Below are positions 9,313 to 19,200 of a stretch of 64,000 nucleotides of DNA, piece after piece. The translations under genes were made by a program, and so were the position numbers. The DNA is from a virus (taxonomy: Duplodnaviria > Heunggongvirae > Uroviricota > Caudoviricetes). The notes under the pieces were generated by a model. It made no database searches and had not been told where the DNA came from. It worked only from the letters and a program-made list of their open reading frames with translations. Each line of letters begins with the position of its first letter. Position 1 is the stretch's first letter. Where the stretch lies: the IMG/VR virus record IMGVR_UViG_3300006204_000001; one strand, written 5' to 3'.

Positions 9313-10746
9313 ATGAATTTAGATGTTTATAATACTCATATGGAATTATATCCATATACCAAATTAGATTATCCTGTAATAGAAAAATGGTATACAGCAA
9401 CAGATAAATTTACAGGAGAAGAAAAACCATGTGGCTATATAATAGAAGATGGTAAATTATTTTTACCTAGAGGAACTTCAATTAGTAGATTGGAACATAT
9501 GTGTGATGTGAAAGCTAACTATATAATGGAGAGTGATCCATATGAAGAAATGGATTATCAACATTCAGCTTTATATGATCCTAGAGATAAATTACAAGAA
9601 GATAGTATAAAATTTCTCCTTGAAACCACAGCACAATCCGGCCTTAACTTGAAAATGGGGCTTGGAAAGACATTTGTAACAACATATGCTAGTACTAAAT
9701 TAAGAGAAAGAACTTTAATTATCACTCCTAATGACAGTTTAAAAATGCAATGGATAAATACGTATTTAAAAATGTTTGATTATAGAAGTAAACATTTAAT
9801 GAACATAACTGGTTCAAATGTTATGAATGATATTTTAGAAGGATTAATTCCTCCTAGAGATGTTTATTTTGTTAATCATCAAACATTACAGAGTTTTATG
9901 ACTTCTACTAATGGATTTACTCTTCATAATTTCTTTAAAAAATTAAATATAGGAATAAAAGTATATGATGAATCACATTTACAGTTTAACAATATTCTTA
10001 TGATAGATTTTTATTCTAATACTAAAAGAACTTGGTATCTTACAGCTACTTTTGATAGAAGTGATAAAACAGAATCTGCTTGTTTTAAGAAAGCATTTAC
10101 ATCAGTAGTAACATATGGAGAAATAGAATCTAAAGAAGATGAAGTTAAACATATTTTATATCATGTGGTAAACTTTAATAGTCATATATCTCCTAAAGAT
10201 AGAGCATCTGTTATTGGATATCAAGGATTGACAAGTGCATCATATGGTAAATATGCTTTTATGAATGATACTAATGAAACTGCTTATAGAATAATTCTTA
10301 TGATATTAAATATGATGAAAAATGTTGAAGGTAAAACTTTAATATTTGTACCTTTAATAGATGCGGTTGATAAAGTGGTTAAGAAATTAAAAACTGACTT
10401 TAGTGAAAAAAGTATAGCTGCATACCATAGTAAAATATCTAAGGATGAAAAAGAATCAGCTAAAAAGAAAGATATTATAGTATCTACAATTAAATCATGT
10501 GGAACTGGTCAAGATATACCAGGGTTACGCGTAGTAATATGTTTAGATCCCATAGCATCTAAAGTAACTGCAGAACAAGTTATTGGACGTATTAGACCAT
10601 ATAAAGTAGATGAGGAAATAAAAGACACATATTTCTTTGATTGTGTAGATGTATGTATTCCTCCTCTCAATTTTTGGTTTAGAGCAAGATATAAAAAGAT
10701 ACAGACATTAGTAAAAGAAAGCATAAATCTTAATTTAGAAAAATAA
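9313..10746 (+). CDS. superfamily-2 (DEAH/SNF2-like) helicase
   Basis: Motif I MGLGKT, motif II DESH, motif VI QVIGRIRP. Confidence 0.75.
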   Translation: MNLDVYNTHMELYPYTKLDYPVIEKWYTATDKFTGEEKPCGYIIEDGKLFLPRGTSISRLEHMCDVKANYIMESDPYEEMDYQHSALYDPRDKLQEDSIKFLLETTAQSGLNLKMGLGKTFVTTYASTKLRERTLIITPNDSLKMQWINTYLKMFDYRSKHLMNITGSNVMNDILEGLIPPRDVYFVNHQTLQSFMTSTNGFTLHNFFKKLNIGIKVYDESHLQFNNILMIDFYSNTKRTWYLTATFDRSDKTESACFKKAFTSVVTYGEIESKEDEVKHILYHVVNFNSHISPKDRASVIGYQGLTSASYGKYAFMNDTNETAYRIILMILNMMKNVEGKTLIFVPLIDAVDKVVKKLKTDFSEKSIAAYHSKISKDEKESAKKKDIIVSTIKSCGTGQDIPGLRVVICLDPIASKVTAEQVIGRIRPYKVDEEIKDTYFFDCVDVCIPPLNFWFRARYKKIQTLVKESINLNLEK

Positions 10747-10751
10747 AAAAT

Positions 10752-10786
10752 AAAGGTGGGATTAAACTCCCACCTTTATTTTTTTA
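10752..10786. terminator. bidirectional terminator AAAGGTGGGATTAAACTCCCACCTTTATTTTTTT
   Basis: hairpin + T-run after helicase gene. Confidence 0.7.
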
Positions 10787-10875
10787 TTCATTATCATTAT
10801 CAGATGTTTCTTCTACTTTTAATTCGGTATCATAAACATCCCTATTCGTTGATTCATATTCCATATTTTATTCTC

Positions 10876-11589
10876 CTATTCTATACACTGCATACCTATC
10901 TTATTTCTAATCTGCTCATCTGCTAATTTTAAGTCATCTCCATTTTGTTTTCTTGTGTATAAAATAAGGCCAAATACACGATATGAAAATTTATCGTGCA
11001 TTTGACTTTCCATTATAGGACTAAATGAAATTAATCTATCAGAATTGTTTATTACCATTTCTGACCTTTCATTTTTTATTGTTAACAGTTCCTTTACCAA
11101 TGTTTTTATTGCTAGATTCTTTCTAGCTAATACATTAAATTGACTGATAAGATACTCATTAGTTAATGATTGGATAGAATATGAAGTAAATTCATATTCT
11201 TTCAAATATATCTTTATACCAGCATCAATAATATCATCAGTGGCATATAATTCCATATTTAAAAAAATGCTTCTAATAAATACTTCTATTATAGTCTGAT
11301 GATCCATTTTAAAGGCCCCAAATAAATCTACTGATGCATAAATATCAGCAGATTCTTTTTCCATTTTAGTCCATGTTGTTTCAGGAGCTAAAATCCATGG
11401 AACAACTAATGCAGAATGATTTGGATTTATTTCATGGGATGGATTAACCTCCATCCCAATCTTTCCAAATTCAGTATCTAAGAAAAAGTGAGTTTGACCT
11501 TGGTTAATTTTCTTTTCAGCAAATAACACACTTTCTCGAATACGTAACTTAATTGTTCGAATTTCAGATTCATTATTCATCTTCTTCAT
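10876..11589 (-). CDS. hypothetical protein, paralog of 11573..12580 (shared FFL[DE]TEFG[KS]IG[MI]E[VI]N motif)
   Basis: Protein-level similarity between tandem neighbours. Confidence 0.5.
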   Translation of the reverse strand: MKKMNNESEIRTIKLRIRESVLFAEKKINQGQTHFFLDTEFGKIGMEVNPSHEINPNHSALVVPWILAPETTWTKMEKESADIYASVDLFGAFKMDHQTIIEVFIRSIFLNMELYATDDIIDAGIKIYLKEYEFTSYSIQSLTNEYLISQFNVLARKNLAIKTLVKELLTIKNERSEMVINNSDRLISFSPIMESQMHDKFSYRVFGLILYTRKQNGDDLKLADEQIRNKIGMQCIE

Positions 11590-12580
11590 TCGTAACCACC
11601 GTATCCTCTGCTTCTGAATTTGAATTTACTATCATGCTGCCTACCATGTTTAAAAGCATTTCCGCTGTAGGAGATGTATCTCCTGATGCCGAATCAACTA
11701 TTTCTTCAAATTTATCAAGAGCTTCCTCCTTTGCAGATTCATCCTTTTCGCAATTGATTTCTTCATCTGTAATAAAAGCATATGCCATGGAAAGCAGCTT
11801 AACATCTGTAAACACATCATCTTTCTGGTTTAATGCAAACTTAAATGTATCATTCAGATTCTTATGATATTCCCAAGGCTTTTTCCTGCCCTCTTTGTTT
11901 AATTGCAGAGCCAGAATGTTGTACAGAACATCGAGATACTTTGGATTGATTTCTTTTCTGATGCAATTATAATTCAACATATATTCATTAATCAACTCAT
12001 AACTATCATATGCATGACAATGTGCAGATTCCATGAATGTAGAAATCCGATCTGTATGAAGATCCCGATAATCTTCATAGGTACCGTTTAAATTCATTGC
12101 CAATAATTGTAGATTGTTAAATCTGAAGCTCTTGATTTCCTTGTGAAGTTCAGAAGCTGTAAATTTCACTGAAACAAGTGTTTCAACCGCCCTATATAAC
12201 ATCCAAATTGGAACATCTGCCACATTCCATTCATCACATGAATAAACATAACTGATTAATGCATGTGATAATGCTGCCCCTACGATCAACTGCAGGAACT
12301 TGTAACTCATGCGAGGATGAATGTAAAAATTGATGTACCATACACCAGGATAGTTCCTGTTTTCAGATGCCCATTTTGTATATGGCCGTTCATCCCATTT
12401 CATGAAATCAAAGTAAATTCCTTTACCTTTAAAACATAAAGGATTCGGACGTCTGTTAATTTCAATGCCAATGCTGCCAAATTCTGTTTCCAAGAAGAAA
12501 TTATCCCAATTTGATTGGATCCTTGATACTGCCATTTCTACTGCATTTTTGATGTTTAATTCACTATTTGATTTTAACAT
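11573..12580 (-). CDS. hypothetical protein, paralog of 10876..11589, acidic C-terminal tail
   Basis: KNAVEMAVSRIQSNWDNFFLETEFGSIGIEIN ~ IRESVLFAEKKINQGQTHFFLDTEFGKIGMEVN. Confidence 0.5.
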   Translation of the reverse strand: MLKSNSELNIKNAVEMAVSRIQSNWDNFFLETEFGSIGIEINRRPNPLCFKGKGIYFDFMKWDERPYTKWASENRNYPGVWYINFYIHPRMSYKFLQLIVGAALSHALISYVYSCDEWNVADVPIWMLYRAVETLVSVKFTASELHKEIKSFRFNNLQLLAMNLNGTYEDYRDLHTDRISTFMESAHCHAYDSYELINEYMLNYNCIRKEINPKYLDVLYNILALQLNKEGRKKPWEYHKNLNDTFKFALNQKDDVFTDVKLLSMAYAFITDEEINCEKDESAKEEALDKFEEIVDSASGDTSPTAEMLLNMVGSMIVNSNSEAEDTVVTNEEDE

Positions 12581-12819
12581 AATAAATTCCTCCTTATTTT
12601 TATTTATTTTCTATTATGTCATTATTAGAATATATTATTTTTATAGATCAATATACAATGATATATTCTATTTTAGTGTTAACATAAAATTATTGTTTTA
12701 ATAGTAGGAGGAATTATTTATGTCTAAGAAAAAAAAATAACAAAACAAACAAAACCTTGATCAGTACTATAAATTCAATCGTAAATCGATTGAATAATAT
12801 TGATGAATTTTTAGGAGAA

Positions 12820-13230
12820 ATGTCTGAAACAATTGATATCAATACCGCTCGTTGCTTAGATTATTATAAGAATAATAAAAAAGATATTAAAAAACTTAGA
12901 ACGAAAATAAGAAAAATTGAAAAGGCAAATAAAAAGGAATATGATAAAGTCTGGAATGAGCTCAAAAAGTTAAGAAGGGAATTTAATAATTATCGTTATT
13001 ATTCACATTCATTATCTTCTTTTTCAAAATCTCCTTTTTCAAAAATACTAGTAGAAGGATTAAAAGGTAAAATAGATCATCCTGTAGATGATTCTACTAA
13101 GAAAGAAGGAAATCCAGAAACACCTGAGGAAACAGTAACTAAAGAAAAAAATGAAAACATAAAAGAATCTTATTGCACATGTAAAAATAATTCAGAAGAA
13201 AAGAAATGTTCTGAATTAAAAGCAGAATAA
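12820..13230 (+). CDS. small highly charged (K/E-rich) hypothetical protein
   Basis: ORF from ATG with RBS AGGAGAA; the track's longer version begins at TTG. Confidence 0.4.
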   Translation: MSETIDINTARCLDYYKNNKKDIKKLRTKIRKIEKANKKEYDKVWNELKKLRREFNNYRYYSHSLSSFSKSPFSKILVEGLKGKIDHPVDDSTKKEGNPETPEETVTKEKNENIKESYCTCKNNSEEKKCSELKAE

Positions 13231-13239
13231 AAAACATAT

Positions 13240-13272
13240 AAAGAGGGAGATTTAATCTCCCTCTTTATTTTT
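13240..13272. terminator. bidirectional terminator AAGAGGGAGATTTAATCTCCCTCTTTATTTTT
   Basis: hairpin between convergent genes. Confidence 0.7.
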
Positions 13273-13273
13273 G

Positions 13274-16200
13274 TTATGTTAAATCATATATTACTGGATT
13301 TGGAATTATTCTACTTATTTTATTTTTTGTATTTATTTTAAGCATACTTCTTCCTGTCACATGATATGCAGCATTATTGAGTATATGAACTAATACCCCA
13401 TATTCATCATATAATCTTGTAGATAACCCATACCAATCATCATTAGTAAGTACTGTATGTTCTGGGAAATATGGATTATCATTTATTTCATCACCCCATA
13501 CTTCATTCATTATATCAATTAACATTTGATTTGTTATCGGTATATATCCAAAATGTCTAAATGTTAGAGTTTGTTCTACTATAGCCTTTCCTTCCAATGT
13601 AGGTTGATTAATAACTAGAAATTGATATGATGGATTTTCTAAATCATTAATTGGATAATCTTCAGGATTAGTTCTTAATAAAACATCATCTTCTATATCA
13701 ACATTAGGTGGATAGTTTTTGAACTCAGGATGATCTTCTGATACTTGTTTCCATATAGGAGATAATAAATATTCCTGTTCTTCTTCAGTATAATTATCTT
13801 TACCTAATCTACATTCTAATGCTGCATCTAAATATGTATCATAATCCCAACCATAATATGGTCTGCCATATGTCGATGTTTCTACTTCATAAAAATTATC
13901 ACTAAAATATTCATTTGAATCACGATTGATTTCTATAATTTCAAAATTCTTTAATGATTTTAATCCATGAAGAATTAATTTAGTTGGTGTGATAATAGTA
14001 ACTTCATCATGCAGTAATTTTCCATTAACCCAAAATTCAAAATATTTTTTGTTTAATGGTTTATTAAGTTTACCTTTGAGATTAATAAAACCATGAGAAG
14101 GTATCCTTCGTTTTACATATACAGATCTCATAGGATATGGTGTTACACATATATTCATATGCTCATATCTTCTATATAAATTCATAAATGTTACATCTGT
14201 TCCATTCTGTGTATTTACAACATGTAGTGTTGGTTTATTCGTAGATGGATTAATTAATGGAAACCTACCCTTTTCTGTTAATATATAAACTCTATCCTGT
14301 GGCACATTTTCATTTTTGATATGAAATGTAGGATTCATTAACCATTTAGGTTCTATGAAAGTATATCTCTTTGGTGTCTTGTCTAAAATTATATCATATT
14401 CAAAAGGTCTATTTAAATCAAGTTGAGATATAATTTTAAATTCTTTTGGTAATGGAGCTAATGGGTTAATTACATTATGTATATAACCATCACCAAACAC
14501 TTCTACCTTTTCAGTTATAAACTCTATGACTATTATAGCCATTTGAACTTCAGTCTGAAAATCTTTTTGAAACACATTAAATTCTAATGCTATATTTTCT
14601 TCTGGTGCATTAATAAAATGAATTGGTTTAAATGTTATAATATGACCATCTTTTTTATAATCAGCTGTTACTATACCAAATACAGTAACATCATATTCTG
14701 AATTATAACACCATACAGGACCATCATGGAAATTAGCTCCTGATTTGCCAATCAATGATTGTAATATTCTGGTATTAGTTTCCCAACCTTGTGTTTCAGA
14801 TTTATCATCTTTAAATCTTACTTCAAATAATGATCTATCTAATATATCTTCATAACGTCCTGCAGTCCTATTATAAACTTTAATATCTTCTAAATGTAAT
14901 TCATTTTTAAAATGCATATAATTAGCTATCTTAAAGTCCATTTCATAACCTAAGAATTCCCCATTTCTATCAAATCCTATTGTATATGATTCGGTTTGTT
15001 CATATGGGAATAGTTTACGTATTCTAAGATGCCTTCCAGTATGAACTAATGTATCTATAGCCTGTTTATTAACTTCACCTACTATAGTAGTTTTAATACT
15101 AAATATAGCATCTTTCTTCAATACTGCATTTTTCTTTAATGTTTCAGGTGTTTTATTTAAGAATAATTCCATATCATATGAGTAAATTCCCTCTTCATAA
15201 TAAAATAATTTAAAATTGAATATTTTATTATCAATATCTTCTGTAACAATTAATTCCCATTTCTCTGAATGTAAATCTTCCCATTCATGTTTTGTCCAAT
15301 TAAATACAGATATATCATTTACTGTAATATCTTTGATATATGATGTATTATTCATTATCTTTGGCATAGAAGTTCCTATTACTCTTCCCTCTAATATAGA
15401 ATTTTCTATATTCATATATGTATTCTCTGCTCTCCAATCAGCAGAAGGATATTGAGCTTTCATAGTAGGATAATCCTGATAACAATCTATATTCATCCAA
15501 TCAACTAAGAAATGATTCCAACTCATATCACATATCTCAGGTAAATCGTATACAATATATCCATTAGGTGAAAATGTTCTTACCGTATATAATGTTCTAT
15601 GGCTATTGTTAGTTTCATCTGTTAATACTATAACAACCTTTCCAACTTTAATCCCAGGATAATCATTAATATGTTTAGGTATATCATTATAAGTTGCTAC
15701 TGTAATATCTCCTTTTGTCATAGCTGAATTTAATATAGATCCATTATGATATTTTTTATTTGTGAGATTATTTGTTTCACCTTCTGAATTATGGATTCTT
15801 TGTCTTACTATAGATTGATATTCGCCTTTTAATGGTTGATTAGGGGGTAACCTTTTTTCATCTGATATAATATTATCAGAGGGAGGTATTACATTTTGTA
15901 TACCATTCCATACACGCTCATCCTTTGTATTAGAAACTGAATTATCTATTCTACTACCTTGATACCATCCCTCATCAGAATCACCATAAGTAGTTTTATC
16001 TGTAGGACCTGGAATACTGACATCAGGATATAAAAATTTTTCATTTCTATCTCCACTTTCAGTATCAGTATATCGTTTAGTAGTAATAGTAATATTTGCA
16101 AATGATGATGTAGCAGGTTTTGTAATTCCTTCTTGTGGTAATAAATCATATTTACAATTATGAAATTCATCATCTATGTTATTCAATGTATCATTAATAA

Positions 16201-19200
16201 CCTTTGCTTCATTACAATCAGTGCTTTCATCAATATTAATATTTTCATTTATTAATGCAACTTCTTTAATTCCTTTAAAAGGAGTACCATCCAATTCAGT
16301 TACTCTTAACTTTATTGCAAATTCTCCTACATCTACATAGATATTTTGACCTACTGCATAACCTGCTCCTGGATCTTTTACATCTAATCTATCAAGTCTA
16401 TATATAAAACTATGGGAATTCGTTATATCAAGTTTTGATTTTTGTAATTCCATTAATTGATTTGCATTAATATAAATAGCATCAATACCTCTTGGTTGCA
16501 TATGATTCTCAGCCAATTCATCTATAGTAAAATGTCTGTGAATATAATTTGTTATCTGGTTACCTCCAAGAAATACATCATATTTGATATTCAAATCATG
16601 TATATTTTCAAATTTATACATAAATAAATCATTTTCATTGAATTGAGGTAATGTTAATATATCTGCTTTTAATGGATTAAAATAAGTCATATCGCCTATA
16701 CCTATTTCATATGAATATGCATCTATTTTTAAACCATTACCAATTCCTACTCTGGTTATAGTTTCTCTAATACCCCAAATTAAATATGGTATAGCATAAT
16801 TCATCATTGGTTCTACTTCTACTACTTCACCATATTCAACTTTCATTACTTGTAATAATATTACATCATTCAATATTATGTCTTCCATATCATGGATTTC
16901 ATTACCATTTTTATCAGTTGGAAGTTGAGGTATAATTTCTACTATATCACCTACTCTATATCCTATTCCTGATTCAGCTATACCTGCCTTATGGAACATA
17001 TACCATTTATCTTTTTGCAATTCTGGTTTATTTTTGATATTCTTTTCAAGTCTTTCTATAGTAGGATCAATCATAGTTGATATTGTACTAGGAATTGATA
17101 TTATTTCTGATTTTATAAATGATATAAATTTAATAATATTATTAAATTCATCTATAAAATTTTCTATATCAGGATTTATTTCAAAAATATCTAATACATT
17201 TTCTTTATAAAATACAATACCTAAATTAACTTCAGTTAATATATCAGATAATTTTTTACCGTTTTCCCATGTAGTACCATTACCATAGAATTCAGATAAT
17301 TTATTTCTGATAAGTTTAAATTTATCACTGTAATAAATAAAATCTTTATTTACTAAATCATTATTATTTGCATATTTATAAATGTCTTTAATAAATTCAT
17401 TTATTTGTGATAATAACTCTCCTATAGTAATATGATTTCTTCTTTCCATAAATCGATTACATGATTCTATTAATCCAGATAATGGTTGTATCAATTGATC
17501 AACATATTGTTTACTATTATTTGATATATGAGTACCAAAATCATCTAATATATTAGACCATTTAGTTTCTATATCCGATAATGTTTTTAAATCATGCTCG
17601 AATGTATTGTTATTATATGAATTATATGATTTCAAATTCTTTCTGATTAAATATAATCCATTCTTTATAGACATAATAATTTGATCAACTATCTCATCAT
17701 TGATAATTACAGTATGTTTAGAAGAAATTGCCTTAATCATAATTCCCATTCCATCACCAGAAGTTATACTATCATAGATATATTGTTGCCAGCATGGATC
17801 TCTAAAAGATGTTGTTCTATAATTAACTTCTGATATAGATGATGCAATACAAATATTATTCTCTATAGAATCAATTTGATACGTACCAAGATTTTTTATA
17901 AATACATAATCACCTTCTTGATGTTTAAATCCGCCTGATACCATTTCTATTTTATCTATTTCATATATATCTGAATATGTTGGACACTGTATATCAGGTT
18001 TATATTCTATATTAACACTATCCATATATTCCATTAATACAGTTAAAGTTTTATTAATTTCTTCTATATTAATTAAATATTTATTTTCAGGATTAGTAAA
18101 ATCTATAATAGATAGAAATACTGATTCTTCTGTATTTATAAATTCCATCCATTTACTTATATTATTCTGAATATCATCATATGCATTATTAGCATCTTTA
18201 GCATTATTTATGCCTGCTATATATGATAATGCATAAATTATCTTAGACAAATCAGCAAGTATAGTAGATAAATATGATTTTTCAGTATCACTGATATTAT
18301 ATTTTTCTAATTCAGATAATAATGTTTCTATAGTATTAATGCATTCTAATAACTCTTCTCTATATCCTTTATATCTTTCTATTATGACAATAAAATCATT
18401 ATAAAGCATATATGAGATTTGATCTAATCTGTCTATAACAGTTTTATCTACTTCATAATCAAATTTTTCGTAGAAATTATTGATTGAATCTTTAAATTCA
18501 ATAGTATCTGTCATTACATTATCTAGTGAAGTTAAGAATTCATCTATCTCTTCATATGTATATGATTTTTCTGAATCAAAATTACCATATAATATTGCAG
18601 TAGATTGAAATAATTTATTACGTTTTTCTTTTACATCTACTGACCATGGATCATTAAATTGATTAATATGACCTAATAAAGATTTATCATTAAGATTTAC
18701 TTTATTATAGACAAAATATGTCTCTAAATCATTAGTAACTTTCATAAATTTTTCCATATCAAATGTTTGAATAATATCTGACATATGATCTATATGGAGT
18801 TTTAATTCTATTATAGAAGTTACTATATTTTCAATATCCATTCTCTTTTGAATATATACTTTCTTTTCAATAGTATCATTATAAATATTCATTTGCATAC
18901 CATTGATTGCATCTGTAAGAGTTTTATGTAAAGACAATAATCTTATTATGATATTAATATCATCTATAGAATAAATATCAAGATCCAGATTAGCAGTATT
19001 ATCTATTACTTCTTTCATATTATTTTCCATAATAGAAACATATTCTTTCAAATCTGTTATATTAGATATATTAAGATTATAAGATTCCCTATCTAACATC
19101 TCTAATATCCATTTTATAATTAAATTTATTTCCCTTAATTCATTTTTGATATCAATTTGTGTTTGTTGTAATATAGGTAAAAATCTTTTAATATCAAAAG

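Noticed and set aside
10509-12701. Track ORFs 10509..10724(-), 11553..11867(+), 11903..12091(+), 12465..12701(+)
   Set aside because: Antisense or overlapping the helicase or paralog genes, no RBS, low complexity.
12720-12740. Mini-ORF ATGTCTAAGAAAAAAAAATAA (MSKKKK) with an A9 run and AGGAGG RBS upstream of gene 12820
   Set aside because: Could be a leader peptide or slippery tract but is more likely a chance ORF in AT-rich DNA. No supporting structure seen.
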